A DNA stretch of 55,766 nt, counting the filler, from Platydemus manokwari (taxonomy: Eukaryota): NCBI GenBank assembly GCA_037951405.1. It is 5 parts of 5 records of this genome, joined end to end, with 100 filler letters (N's around TTAATTAATTAA, not from the genome) between each part and the next. Parts side by side here need not be neighbours in the genome. Positions count along the whole stretch, not along the records: positions 14,778 to 27,484 come from JBBMOY010006682.1; positions 27,585 to 37,110 come from JBBMOY011236764.1; positions 37,211 to 46,691 come from JBBMOY011242985.1; 2 more parts are not named here. The stretch is one strand, 5' to 3'. The notes beneath the pieces are model-generated. The model was not told where the DNA came from. It saw only the letters and a program-made list of their open reading frames with translations, and made no database searches. The stretch's first letter is position 1. Every line of letters begins with the position of its first letter. Positions 25,171 to 40,304 of this stretch are shown here, one piece after another. The position numbers were made by a program, and so were the translations under genes.

Positions 25171-25774
25171 GTTAGTGAGCTGACATTAATAGCCTTCCTA
25201 GCCAATTATCCCATAAACAAAACAATATATCAAGCTCAAGGCGTCAATCATAAAGATGTGACCAAATTGGACAATCAAACCAGACAACATTATGGTATAC
25301 ACCATCAACAGTATTTAAGTAACTTCCCACCAAGCGCATATCAACGAATATTAATGAAATATTTTGCTTGTGAAAAGGAGCGTATCTGAAGTAGGAATAT
25401 CGAAAGTTGAAATTGACTACGAAGAAGATACTAATGATAATGAGTCCGATATAGAGTTCATAGATGGCTTCACTCTAACACTGCCAAAAGGATAATTATC
25501 AATGAACGATTATTTTATAGGAAGTAACATTGTTTTATCGAGGACTACTCTAGCTAATGGGAAATGATGAGTGGGTAACTTTAAAGAAAAATCAATTTCA
25601 GGAAAGACATCATCTATCATACTTACAAATTAAGATTTTGGAATCTTAAATTGTCAAGACTGTCAAAAAATTCAATGTTTATTGAATAACCAGTTATAAT
25701 TAACATTGCTAAAAATAATGGTTTTGATAATTACAATAAAATTAAAGGTGTTTATTAGAACAAGTTATAAAATA

Positions 25775-26670
25775 TTTGGTTGGTGCGTAAATTCGTGGGG
25801 TTTTATTTGTTGCAAAGAAAACACATCAACTTCCTGTTTAAACTGACTTGAGTTATATTCATTCAGTTGAACTACCTATTTAAATCATTTTAGACTAACT
25901 TTCACTTTCATTAACCTCATTAAAAAGGAATGTCAGATAGATAAAAATGAACTCTTCCGGTATCTACTTCTTTTCTATTTTAATCAATATTTAAACGCTG
26001 CAGAAGTCACCAGAATGATTTATTGCATTTATGGAGAAAAGAAAGTCAGTGAACGAACAGCACAAAAGTGGCTTTCATAATTTAACAGTGAGAATTTTGA
26101 TTTAATCGATGCACATCAGTCAGGGCGACCTAGTAACTTTGATGAAGACTGTTTAAACCAATTGATTCATGATGGTCCGTGTCAGTCATTACAAGCATTT
26201 GGACAAGTCATGGCTTGTGATCACACCACTGTTCCTCGGCATCTCAAGAAAACGGGAAAAGTTCAAAAGCTTGGATCATGGGTACCTCCCTTCTCAAAGA
26301 AATTCACAAAAATCAACGTGTTTCGATTTCTGCATCTTTACTCGTTTGCCATCAATCTGATGTACAACAACGTCAATCTTTCCTTTCCAGAATCTTAACA
26401 AGTGATGAGAAATGGTGTCTGTATGTAAATTTGAAAAAGAAAAATCACCAAGCTTCTTCAAACGTGGGATTGACAAACTACCAGAACATTGGAAGAAAGT
26501 GATCGATTATGGTGGAGAATATCTCACTGATTGAGACTGAGATATATATTTTTTCTAATGATTTCATAAATCCATTTTGATATCTAGAATTTTTTGCATG
26601 ATTTCCATTCTTGATCAACATGCATTTTTCATAAATGTAAAAAACCGCACGAACTTATACACAAATCCAG
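25775..26670 (+). mobile_element. Internally deleted mariner element (896 bp), cecropia-like TIRs, TA target duplication
   Basis: TA|TTTGGTTGGTGCGTAAATTCGTGGGGTTTT ... AAAACCGCACGAACTTATACACAAATCCAG|TA. Decayed transposase ECQIDKNELFRYLLLF...IYGEKKVSERTAQKW..*...SGRPSNFDED...GKVQKLGSWVP(fs)...ILTSDEKWCLYVN jumps directly to FFKRGIDKLPEHWKKVIDYGGEYLTD*, so the 2nd and 3rd catalytic Asp region is deleted. Confidence 0.92.
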
Positions 26671-27484
26671 TATTAGCAAATAATAATAAATTTTTTGAAA
26701 AATATTTAGTTTCTTCGATTAGTTTTTTCCCATTTTGTGATGTTTATTAATATAGTTAAGATAATAAGTCACTTGTAAGGATGTCGAACACTGACAAAAC
26801 AGAATTTCTAAATCCAGTCAAATTCTAATCACAACAATTCTAAATGATTTTTTGATTTGGTAAATTAAATTGACGTGTTTAACAATCTAATATTACTTGG
26901 TTTTATAAAATAAATGTCAAAATTTAGAGGATCTTTCAACTTGCTTCTAACGGTAAATTAAAACTTAACTTACTTTGATTGGTTTTTACAATCATCAAAT
27001 TTTACAAGATTTTTAATATTTGATTTCAAATAACAAAAATTCCTCCTCAGGCATAAAAATAGAAAATTCAAAATATTTTTAATGAATACAATAATATCAT
27101 AAACTATATCGATTTTTGCAATACACTCAACCAATTAAAAATTTTATTTTCAAACGCATTTTCTTAACTGCAGGCTGCAAAATTGATTTTGAATTAAAAA
27201 ATTGAAATTTATTATTAAAAAAATAAATAAATTCAAATATAAAAATAAGTAAATAATAATAAATAAATAATTTATTAAATAAATAAAAATTCCAAAATAA
27301 TAAATATATGTTTGAAAAAAGAGATAAATAATAATTTATTAAAATAAAAAAATAAGGAAAAAAATTAATAAATATAAATAATTAAATTATAATTACTAAA
27401 TAGAAATAAATAAATAATCTATTTAAATAAATACAAACCAAACTAAATAACCAAATTAAAAAAATTCAATTAAATAAACAAATT

Positions 27485-27584
27485 NNNNNNNNNNNNNNNN
27501 NNNNNNNNNNNNNNNNNNNNNNNNNNNNTTAATTAATTAANNNNNNNNNNNNNNNNNNNNNNNNNNNNNNNNNNNNNNNNNNNN
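27485..27584. other. Assembly gap with artificial linker
   Basis: 44 N + TTAATTAATTAA + 44 N, preceded by a low-complexity A/T tract. Confidence 0.98.
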
Positions 27585-29069
27585 ATGCATCGAAAACGAA
27601 TTGAAAACACACGACATCAAGTTTTATTCAGATACAATTATTTAAACAAATTAAATTTTATATAAAATTCAATATATAAAATTATTAATTCAATTTAAAA
27701 ATGCTCACAGTTATCACTATTGTTATGATTATCATTATCATTATTCGAATGCTTATAATTGTTATTATCATCAAATTAATGTTATAATTATTGCTATTAT
27801 TATGAATAACGAGCGGAAAACCTTTCACGGGTACGCATAATTATTCTTTGATCTAAAAATAATAATTATCTATTTTTCGTGATTTGAATTAAAAAAATGG
27901 AAAATAATTTTGATGCTTTTCAATAGATTGAGATAACGGAAACTAATAGAGGGGACACGAAAATCAAATCCATTCATATTAAAATAGAATATGTATGAGT
28001 CATTAGATTTATGCTGTAAAATCCATTAATCGGAAATGTTCAGATCTTGCGGGATAAGCCATCATCAAATCATAAAGAAATCAACAGATTTTTGTCAAAA
28101 GAAAATTTATGACCAATTAATATGAAATTTAATAATTTAATAATTATTATAAGTGTATAATAATAATATAAATCGAACATAATAGTTTATTTGAGTTTAA
28201 AGTTGAAAAAATTAACGTAAAATTCAATATTTTTATTGCGCTGATAACCAAGTAAGTCATTTTGTTGTACTAAATAAAGGCTGAACTAATTGATGGAATA
28301 AACCAAATCAATTTACAGAATTACTCTACGATTGCAGTCAGACAATTCTTACTGTAAGCTGAAATTGATAACTCGATAGCAAATCAGAATATTATCATTG
28401 ACCAGTGAGAAAATAAACATTCAGTCAGAGATCTTATTGCGACAACATTGAACTTCATTTCAGTGGTTTCTAAAAGAAGACCAACAAAATCTGACAATAA
28501 AAACTTTTAAAAAATTCATAATTTAAAATCGCATCTTGAATTATGATTTTCCTGTAATATCGTATATTCAAGCGATACATTATATATTGAAAAGTTATTT
28601 TCGATTTTTTAATAATGTATGTTAGGAAGCCAGTATTTAATAATTATTTCTAACAAAAACAAGATAATAATCATTATTATATTATTACGTATTTTATCAA
28701 CTATCTATCTATGTTTGTTGGTATTGATGATCATTAATAATTATGGTTATATCTACGATCTAATTAGATCTAAAATCTAGATTTAAGTAATAACTATAAC
28801 ACAATGATAAATTATTTGATATTGTCATAGTTGTTGAAAACAATTATCATATAAAAAGAAGAGTATCTTCAAATAAATCATAAATTTCCAATATTATCCC
28901 ACAAGGAGTCGCTAGCAATGGTGCAAAATTATATAATTCTTCATTTGAGACAATTGAGGGAAACACTCGATACGGTTTTTATAAACTTCAGAATATAACT
29001 ATGAAAATGAAACCATAATAATTTTCAATCAACTATTTTATATTGATTATTTCTTAAGTTGAACTTATC

Positions 29070-29354
29070 CATGTGATATCGCTGAGGTCCCTGTATGCTC
29101 CTACTGAGCGATTTGCATAATCAGTACACAGAGAATATGAGACAGAAATGTGTGTATGTGCGTGAATTAATTCTCTTGGCTTTGACACACATACACATCG
29201 CTATCTGCACATGGAGGAGACTCTTCTCAACTGCATTGTATGTCAGTTTTCGCATCGCATGTATGAGCATACACACAAATGTCGTCTCTGTTTCAGTGAA
29301 ATTTTGTGTACTATGGAAATCGGTGACCTAGTAACAGGCTCAATCGTCACCATG
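29070..29354. mobile_element. Degenerate palindromic element, probable MITE
   Basis: GC-richer island. The left arm (cgatttgcataatcagtacaca...gagacagaaatgtgtgtatg) is an imperfect inverted copy of the right arm (catacacacaaatgtcgtctc...tgtgtactatggaaatcg). No clean TSD. Confidence 0.5.
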
Positions 29355-32300
29355 TATGCCATATTTCGAATACCGCTAATAATCTGATACTGCTGACTTG
29401 CACTACCTACATTGAATTATGTTTGTAAAATCGATATTCAGTTATAGAAGACAAAATTAAGATCATACAGCAAATATATGTATAAATATATACAATTAAT
29501 TACTTTTGTAGGTGGTGGAAATGTAGTCTGAACAACGATTTATTTGATAAAAAATTCCCACATTAACGACGAAATTGTTCTAATGAATTTGTTGCAAATA
29601 TTTTCGTTTTGTTTTATCGAAACTATTGCAAATATTTGTCTTATAACTATCGACATTTGCATTTGCTGTATGAAATAATATCTTCATTTATATCAATCTT
29701 GATTGTCTTGGAAGCCATATTAATTATGATAAATTAAATCGATTTTTTATATTGATATATTAAATTCAATGCATTTTAATTAACGCAGAATATCACACAT
29801 TTAAAAAATCACTGGAAATATGGAAGGAATAATTTCACGTTTATTATTATGTATTATATTAAATTTTGCGGTTAAGAATATGGATACAATTTATAATATA
29901 AATAGAAACTGTCTACTAAATGGTTCAATCACACTATGGGTATTGAATTGCACATACATATATAAAATCATACGAATTTTGTTCAATTGTAAAATAACAA
30001 ATTTCAATAATATTCCATTCTATTTGACAAATTATAGATATATTTCACACGTGACCTTGACATAATTATGACTCATTGGTTAGCAACCGGTCGTCTACTA
30101 CATTCCACATAGTGTCCTTTAGCAAGATGCTTGAACACCACGTTAAAACAAACGTGAAAAACCCTGGATGTTAAAAATACAGGGATGTTATGCAAAATAA
30201 AATTAACGACAGTAAAATAATAATATTGTATTGTATAAGTCCATATATTCACTGATCATGGTCATTATATAAAATAAGAAAAACAAATGATAAAAATGTG
30301 ATTAAATTATCTCTGCAAATCTGAAGACAAACCTTTTATCAATGATTTTATTTTTTCTTTAAATTGCCTGTAGTTTTACAACTTGTAGTTGTATTCATAA
30401 TCAATTAGCGTTTGGTGATTGTCATGTGACTAAATCAAGTGAGGATGTCCACAGAATTTGATTTTTCTCAACAAAATTAGTCACATAAATTTCTGCAATT
30501 ACTATTTTATTTCATTTACTCCTTTATGGAAGCGAAATCTAATTGAAATTTCTTCAAAAATCGATGGTTTTCAAATGAGATGTATCTGCTATGTTTTAGA
30601 TTGAATCATTTAAGTTGAATGGTTTGAAAATTTTCATTTGATAAAACAACGAATGAGAAATCTGTGTTGGAAGGGCAATAGAAAATATTAAATTTATCTA
30701 CCGCAACATCGAGTTATGTTTTCATAAATTTTCGATGACCAGTGTCGTTTATTGTAGACATAATTTTATTATCGAGATAAAAAGTAAAAATATAATGATA
30801 TTACCTTAAAGGACTCATTGGGTAACTCAAGAAATATCAATGAAGGAACATATCATTCTAAATCAACAGAAATAATATAGGAAACTATCGATTAGATGAT
30901 AAAGTAAAAATATATTTACAATGAATTTTTGGATTCAATCCTTAAGCGTTTGGACCATCGACGAAACGCAATCAATCGTAAATTTATGTGGTAAAAAATT
31001 ATTTAATACCGATGATTTTTATAATGAAACCTTGACCATAGAATCGAAACCATGCTGCACGTATGTAATACCGCCATAAGCAATGCCTATTTAATTAATG
31101 GTATAAACAGCGAGCTGATTATGTTCATTCATAAACCAAAAAATGAAATTCGTTAGTAAAATGGTTAACTCTGTCGTGAATAACTAATGCATCATTTCCA
31201 TGGCTGGCTAGTATGTTGAGAGTGTTTAAAACTGAAATCCAGATGATTAATTAAGTGACCGCCATTTTACAATTTGTGAATGCTGCGATGTTTACATCGT
31301 CAGTCGATTGGTCGTTGTAGAATTTCTGATTTTGTTTGAAAATCGATCTCACTTGTCAATCTTCCTAAAATTCGCACATTACAGTAATGGAATTTAATGT
31401 CACCAACCGCAATTCATCTTTGATCTATATCGAAAAACATATTACTAGGGAACTTCATTACAAGCTTTCTACCCGCGTTCATTTCACTGACCCAGTTATT
31501 ATTTTTGTTTTAATAGTTATAATGATTATTATTATAATTTCACTGAAATATCGAGTCAGTGATGGGGATGTATTTTTAGAATAAAAATATTATCATTTCC
31601 CATGGTAATTCAATCTAATATAAATAAAATTTTAATAATAAAAATATAAAATATTTTGATTCAGGAGTCCCTTTCTGTTCTCGAAGGATTTTCTATTCTT
31701 TTCAATTTTCCTAATTTCCTATATTATTATCATCTTTACATTTTTTTCATTCAAATGCTGAACCAGGTCGATAAATTACGAATTTTGTCATGTCTTAAGT
31801 CCAAACTGATCTGACTCTTATCTGACTTTTATTCATCAATAAATAAATAAAAATTCTAGATAGGTTTAAAATATTTATTTCTAATTAACGAGGATTACAC
31901 ATCAATATAAGAGCAAGTCACGTTGATGATTAAATCCTTTGATAAATTGGTAAAAGTGGAACAGAGTTCATGGAATCAAATTGCTCTACTAGCTAAGAAT
32001 TATCTCCCAGTAACAAATAATATAATTATTGCTATCATTGTACTCAAGAATAATAATTCGTAGGTGCCAAAATCAGTCTTATTACCTTTTATTTATGATT
32101 CCTCTAACATGCACTGGTGTCTGTTCTTAAAATTTCTTTACCAAAATAGATAATATTACCAAAAATATTACTCAATTGTTGAAAATAGATTTTATCTTTT
32201 ATGGGTTTATTTATATCTTTACTATTTATTTATATACCGTTAAATGGGATTTTGTGGATTTAGTAATTCACTTTAGGTTTATTTATTTGTTTATTTTACA

Positions 32301-35300
32301 ATTATTTATTTATTTTACAGCTTCGAATTTTGATATTGGTTTTTCCTTTAAGTCATTTTTGTTCATTTATTGGATGTTTGTGTCGAGGCAATTCTTACAA
32401 ATCAATTAATTTCAAGTTATTTCGTACTTTTAATTCATCTCATATTACCAAGCCAAAAGTTATCCAAATAAAATTGCGAATGTTTGACTTTCAATGTTCG
32501 ACTAGGTGAAAGAGAAATCGGTTCTGTTACTTCTTTCAAATAAAGGTTTTAGAGTTCAGTGTTCAAATGACAGAAGTATTTTGGATTCATTGACTTTTTT
32601 CGATTAAAAAAAAATAGAGAACACACCTTTCTTCAATATAATTTATGGTATTACATGTTAAACTAACGTTGGCGGTGACTTTTTAATTTCAAAGCACGTT
32701 CTTTGAGACGCATGGAGTTGTACTAATTTTTTTTGGCTTAATCTAAGAAAAATGGTTATTTGACCTACTTTCATATTGATGAATTTCCGCGCATGAGGTA
32801 ATTTTATAATTTAATTTTATGAATAATTTTCTCAGATTTCATGTAAAAAGTTATTTTTATGAATATTTTTAATTTTAGATCAAAATTATATAAATTAATT
32901 ATTCTTTGGTATTATGCCATTATCAGTGTAATGTAAAGTAATATTTTAAATGTTAATTAAATATTTATTTTGTAATTTTTTCCTCTAAGATTGAAATACA
33001 CATCGGTTTGAAATATAAGTAAGAAAAAATGAAGATATCAGTAAATTTTATATAATAAAAAAGTTTTGTGAATATTTTTTTTTTATTCGAATTTTTAGAC
33101 AAAACAGAGTTGTTGAACTAAGATCTTATTCTAATCGCAACACTTCTATATGATTTTTTGATTTCGTATATTTAATTTTTTTAATTATAAATAAACGCAA
33201 TGAATGTTTAATAGTCTAATATAAATTTAACAAATCTCTCTCAATTTGTTTTAATGTTTAAGTAGCGGTCTTCGTTAATTTTCAATGAATTGCAATAATC
33301 AACTTTTAGAAGATTTTAAATTTCTACTGTATTTAATATTTGATTTTAAACAACTAAAATTATTCTGAAATACTAAAAATTTTTAAATTGATTAGTTAAT
33401 ATAATTAAATAATCTATATAGATTTTTGAAATACACTCAACAAATTAAACATTTTATTTGATAAACACGTTTAACCCGAGTCAAATTTTTGAAACCCACA
33501 GAACGTGTTAATCTATTTTAAGCTCATTATGTTGATACGATTTAAATCTTTTTAAACCACAAACAATCACATATTATATCTATTCACTCAATATGAAGTA
33601 TAAAAATTGAATGTCATAGCTTGATAAAACTTCTATGAAAAGAAAACACTGACTAATTTTAATAAAAATCTTTGTAAAATTTTCGAAATATTTTACTTTC
33701 TAATGTCTGTCCATTTGTTTCCTGTAAATTAATTGACGGTATCGCATAAAATCTGGGATTGTCGGAAAAATAAAAAAAAACTTCCCTGACGCTACGATAA
33801 TGCACGTGGTCTAGTTTATTTCCTAATTCTATTTCTCAAACATAAATCGTAATTATTATTTTTTTCGGTTCCATTCAATTCAGCAATACAATTGTATCAA
33901 ATCAGTACCATATAAAATTCATCGGGACAACAACAAACCATTATTTCATTACTGTTTGTTTTGTACGGGTGACACATTGAAAATTAATAGAAAATAAAAA
34001 AAACATTTTATAATACAAATAAAAATTTTAATCGTGTAAATCGATTATTTTTATTATACAAATGAAAAATTCGATATTCCTCTACCGATTGATAGGGAAA
34101 TTATGAAATTAATATGATTGAGTTAGCCTAATTGACTTTGGTGGATCGAATTAATTGTTAGTCGTTAGAAGAAGCCATTACAGAAATGCACATTACTTAT
34201 CAAAAGTTACTACGAAATGTTTATGACTAGTAATGGAAGAAATGTCAATCATAATTGTATCAAAGAACCTGAGTTACTGAGCTGTTTGTTACATATGTTT
34301 ACCATATACCATAGACAATCCTTTGTCATAAATATTACACACTGTTCGCCATAAATCCCTATACGAATACATTATTAATTCCAGATTATTGGTTTTATAT
34401 ATTCAGATTTTTCAAAGCATAAATCATGACAATCAATATTTAATAATCCAGTAATAATTTTTGGAATTTTTAGCATTCTTTTAAGAATGATTATTACCGC
34501 CAACAACTAGTATTAATGTTTATCCATAAGCTGTAAACAATATGAATATCATCGACATAATTTACAAAATACAGTGGTAACCATAGTAATTATGATAGTC
34601 ACAGTGGATTTGTAGTATGTTGGCACAGTTAATCAAATCCAATAAAATGGAAACTTATTTTAGTTTCTGTGATGTGAAATTGATCTGTCGATTGAATATC
34701 AATAAGAAGAAACAATATTAAAACTAAATACGATATCCATGGCGACAAAAGTTCAAGTACAACAAAAACAAGAAATATAATTAAATCATCTACGTTGCAA
34801 TGGAAAAACAACCAATTTTATGATATAATAATTTTCGATTGATGAAATATTAGTATGAAATAATTGGAGAATTGCCAATACAGAATGAAATAGATTTTAT
34901 TTAAGATAAAAAATATTAGCTTCATCAAATCGATGACTTTTACTGTTGCCATGGTGTTTTAATCTTAAATCAATAATAACTAGAGTGAAGAAAGTAAAGA
35001 AAATCTGATGAACTCGAATGTGTGTCCGGTGATGTCTAAAAAGGAAGAAAATTTGACTCAGTCCATATGAATGTCTCTAAGCAGTAATTATCGAACTGTA
35101 TGTCGAGGTGTGTGAGTGTGCGTTGGTGATATTATTTGAGTTTGTGCGCCCGTTTCTGATGAGTGATTGGTGAAGTAGATTAGGGATAGAAATTTAAAGA
35201 TAGCGGGTTGACAGGAGCAAATTATGGGAAACAATATATTTCTGTCAACCTAGTCGTCACTGTGAATCGAGATGGAAAACAGTCATAGTTTTTCTTTTTT

Positions 35301-37009
35301 GTTGTCGTTGAATTGAAAACAGAATTTAATTACAAAATTTCAAATAAGGGAAATAATTTATTTTCCATTGGAGTTTTTTGCAGTGCTACAGATCCATTAT
35401 CCAGATGGATTTGCATACATATTTCATGAGATTTCGTTTGTCAACAATTTGTGACTATTTTAATAGAAATGTTGATGCTAAATTTCGTGTTTCACAGTGA
35501 TACCTGATGATCTATTAATAAATAAAATTCCCAATATTGCAACGACTCGAAGCCCTTTGTTTAACCTTAATAATTGTTATTTTCTTTTCCATGTTTTCAT
35601 TCATGTGTCACGATGACCTTAAAGAGTTTGATCGAAAACTAATTTCATTCTCATTTGTAATATATTATCAAATCCAGCTGGGATTGGGAAAGAATTCTAC
35701 ACTACTATTGTAACTATCAGTTTACTCCCATATGGTTTTTGTTTATTCGTTCTGTAAGTGGGGAGATTTATTTATACAAGTGAACTGTTTACAATTATAA
35801 ACTCGATTTAATTTATTGTAAATTTTGACCAATTAGCGAAGGTTGGTCAAAACACTCTACTCGCCTTAATATTCTTAAATATAGTACAGATATGAATATA
35901 CAAAAATCATCAATAAGAGCCTCTAAAAATGTCGATATATAAATCTCATTCAATTCCTTATCTGAAATGCAGTCATTTTCATTATTTTAATTCCCATTTA
36001 TGCTCCAAAGTTGTTCTTGGTTTTGTGTTTCTCCAGATCCGAAATCATAATCTACCATCTTATTCTTTGATTTGACAGTGAAAAGTCCATATTTTCCGCC
36101 TATTTTTGATCCAGGCATAATTATTAGGGAAATTCTACATTTTTCACGGCATTTATTCGATATAATTGAAAAAAATGTTCAAAATAATTTTTTCACTTTT
36201 CCATTTCACCGGAATATGATGACATTTATCGAATAACAGTTAATGATTTTAGTACAATCTCCATCGTTTCTGTTGGTTATGCATTTACCTGTTCGAGAAA
36301 AACATTTCCAGCTTTGTGAAGATTTCTCATAAGAAATTAAAACGATGTTTTAACAACGACAATCATTCAATACATTGACTGTATCTTGGATGATGATAAA
36401 TTTTTAACGGAATTTTTCATCTGAAGTCTTTCTCTGCGTGATTCCTTCGGTTGCTTAATTAGAGAATCACGTGAAGATTTGTCTCTGAGGAAAATCGGTT
36501 TCAATGAATCCCTTTGGAATCTGAATTTGTAAATTAGAATTGAAAAAGAAATTATTTGTGTTAATATTTGAAGGTTCCCTAAACATTTCATTTAGATCGA
36601 TAATAATAATAATAATTAGTAATATTATTATTTTTTCGTAATTTTTATTATCAAAATAACCTTTAAAATAATCTTTTTGGTAAAACACTATCCCAGCAGA
36701 CTATTAATGTTATTTTAGAGTATGTGAACAAGATAGCATCCATTTCAGGAATTATTGATCAATAATCAATTGACATTATCATCTCAGGTGAATTAATTCT
36801 ATTATTTTATTATTGGACTTGTACCGTTTCTCAATGTGTTTATTTTAATGGAAATTGCGACACAAATGTGGTAATTAACGATGATACAAACTATAATTCA
36901 GAAGAAAATGACGAATTTTTGATATCTTTATATTATAAATTATTATTCAAAATAATAAAAAAATTAATTATTCTAAAAATATTAAATGTATTTTACTTTT
37001 TATTTTACC

Positions 37010-37231
37010 GCAGTATTATGATTCTTATGATGATGACGATGATGTTGATTCTTATTATTGTTATTATTATTATTATTATTATTCTTATTATTATCATTAT
37101 TCTTATTCTTNNNNNNNNNNNNNNNNNNNNNNNNNNNNNNNNNNNNNNNNNNNNTTAATTAATTAANNNNNNNNNNNNNNNNNNNNNNNNNNNNNNNNNN
37201 NNNNNNNNNNAATAATAATAATAATAATAAT

Positions 37232-37262
<31 letters not shown>

Positions 37263-37310
37263 TTAATAATAATAATAATAATAATATCAGAACAATATTA
37301 TTAATAATAA
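37010..37310. repeat. (ATT)n/(ATG)n and (AAT)n microsatellites flanking the assembly gap at 37111-37210
   Basis: Directly visible. The gap has the same 44N-linker-44N structure. Confidence 0.93.
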
Positions 37311-39683
37311 TGAAATTCAATTTGATCCTTCTTTAAATATTTGTCTCCATTCATCCGACTTTCCCGTTGCTCATGAAATTTCCAAATCTACCAATATTTG
37401 ATAAATTCGAAATTGGCGCCCAAGAAAACAGGAATAACTAAACGATCTCATGTTTCCTTCTTTGAAAATTATGATAGAAACAAAAAAATCACGAAATTGT
37501 CATCACGCTAAAATTGAAATTAAAAATAATTTTTGTTGGCGATTAGCAGATCAACAGTGAGCGATATTTTCTTCACATCTTATGGACCTCAAGAATATCG
37601 ATTGATGTTGGTTAGTTTTAAGGTGATTACAAATATCTGGATTGAATTATTTGCAAATTTTAACTCAAATCTAAACCTCCCATCGTACTCAATGCCAATC
37701 AATAGTCTATGATTATGTTAGATAAATGATCAATTTTTTACTGCAATATTTTCGTTAAATTTTTTTCCATCTCCACAGATTCATTGCTTTGAACAATAAT
37801 ATTCATAACTGTACATAGAGATATTGCCAGTATTTATAACACACCGACAATGATGAAAGCTAAAATCATTTGGGATACTTAATTCATCAAATGTATCATT
37901 ATTAATAATGGATCTTCAAATACCAAATAAAACCAAACTAGTGAATTTATCAAATATTTTAGAATAAAAATGAATGAGATAAACGATAATAGAACACTTC
38001 AAAATCGATCTAAATGTAACTGAGGGATTCTCGTCTAGACACGTATGAAGGTGAGCTGAAATATTAAAGTGGAATAAATAAAAGAAATATTATATAAACA
38101 TTTAGTGATTTTGAAATGATAATATGTTTTGAGGTCAAAAATTTCATTGGTGAAAAATTAACTATTAAAAAATATTTATAAAATTCTAATTAAATATACT
38201 TAGAAATATTCTAAAAGAAAATCAATAAATCCCTGATCCCATCTTGAGTGAATTTCTTTGTGAATTGAGTAAAGATTTATTATTGTTATTATTGATATTT
38301 TGAGTATATTATTTTGGTTAATACATATTTATAAATTGAAATTTCTGTTGATAACCCAACAATATCAAGGAAATACCGAATATATAATTCTATAATCCGT
38401 TTATATACCAATGATAACTAACCGAGATTCTTAATCAGAAGCCTTTCATAGAGGTCTAATCTCGAAGACCTTATAAGTATTCATTGAGAACTGGAAAACA
38501 AATGAAAATTTAGCATATCAACAAAGGCCATTAATGATGCTAAGGTATTCAAATAAATCGCACGGTTTCTGATCCAAAAAATTTCTGTTCAAGCAAATAT
38601 TTGGATTATTTCGAGAGATAGCGAGTTTAGATCTAAAATCCAAACCATATATAATTATACGAGCACTTTTAAGTGTAAACTATATTAGGGAACGAACGTA
38701 GCCTCAAATATAAACCATAAACAAGAACCAATAAATGATAATAAATAAGACAAAATATAAAAAGATCGAAATATTATTAAATATTTAAAACAAAAATATC
38801 AAATATATAATGCCAGAAAATCGAAATAATTCAATCAATCTCAAATATTGCGGATCTTCGACTGGTCTGATGATATCAGATATTACAAGATCAATTCCAG
38901 GTACCTACAAACAGCGAATAAACCCATTTATACTCATCTATCAAGAATCAGTGAACAGGATCGCTTGGAGTTGGAACACTTGGTATTGAATCGTTTCCAG
39001 ATTAGTTTAGAATTGCATTCATGAGACAGCCCATCAGATAAATATACGATTTGCATAATCAATGAAAATGGGAAAGTAATTGGGGGAAAAATGAAAATTG
39101 AGGAAACTGAAAATCGCAGCGAACATTAATTTTTCTCGAGGGAACCAACACCAGCATTCAATGCAGAAAGTAATTAACTTTGTTTTAATTATATAGATTA
39201 ATCTGTAGTTCTTTTGTTTATGTGAGCTTGAGTGTGTGTGTGCGTGTCAGTGTGTGTTTGATATAAGCTGTGATTTTCTATTATTTATTGAGTGCGAATA
39301 TTCTTTTGTTTATTTTCTGAAATATCATGATTTTCAATTCGATCTTTTTTTCTGACAAAAGCTGCATTGAAATAATTTTTAATCAATAAAATAATCAAAT
39401 GAAATATTTTAAGATATCATTTGGTGTGGAACAATTAATTCAACCAATTTGATTTTACAAAACAGGAAGAATTAAAAAGAAGATTTGTGATGATGAATTA
39501 GACTGAAACAATATCAATATTTCCCATCAATCGTTATTAATAATAATAAATCAATGCGTGTTACATTTTTTTCTTAATTAGAATATTTTGATGACAAAAC
39601 ATATTTCTTGTTTCATAATAATATATTTATATTTATATTATGACTATAAATCATTTTAAATTATATTTAATATATTATCGAGA

Positions 39684-40304
39684 TTATTGATCAATGACAC
39701 AAATCCGTACACAAATATAGTTGATCAATATTATAGCATTATCGATCAATACCATAATATTATCGATCGGCATCAGAATATTATCGATCAATATTGTAGA
39801 TTTATGGATCAATAGCACAATATTATCGACCAATACCATAATATTATCGGTCAATATCGCAATATTATCAATCAATACTACAATATTATCGATCAAAATC
39901 ATAATATTATCGGTCAATATCACAATATTATCGATCAATGTCATAATATTATCGACCAATACCTTAATATTATCGATAAATAGCACAATAATATCGATCA
40001 ATATCATAATATTATCGATCAATATCATAGTATTATCGATCAATACCACAATATTATCAATCAATATCACAATATTATCGATCGATACCACAATGTTATC
40101 AATCAATACCACAATATTATCGATCAATACCACAATATTATAAATCAATATCACAATATTATCGATCAATACCACAATATTATAAATCAATATCACAATA
40201 TTATCGATCAATACCACAATATTATCGATCAATATTATAATATTATCGATCATTATCATATCATTAAAAGTCAATTCCACAACATTATCGATCAATATCG
40301 TCAT
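39684..40304. repeat. 21-bp minisatellite, about 29 units, consensus ATATTATCGATCAATACCACA
   Basis: Directly visible 21-nt periodicity. It explains the 7-residue-repeat ORFs on both strands. Confidence 0.93.

Noticed and set aside
26935-33480. Similar AT-rich segments at ~26940-27160 and ~33260-33470 as a segmental duplication
   Set aside because: Short, diverged and non-coding, more simply copies of an unclassified dispersed repeat.
35990-36690. Several 60-75 codon minus-strand open frames as exons of a gene
   Set aside because: No family similarity and no consistent splice chain. Cannot be supported without transcripts.
36868-37158. Hydrophobic Ile/Met-rich ORF, also 32176, 47780, 54854 and 55519
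   Set aside because: Products of microsatellites or T-rich low-complexity DNA.
39684-40304. 206-aa and 140-aa ORFs as real proteins, or the array as a CRISPR
   Set aside because: Contiguous 21-bp tandem units with no unique spacers in a eukaryotic context. The ORFs follow from the repeat unit.
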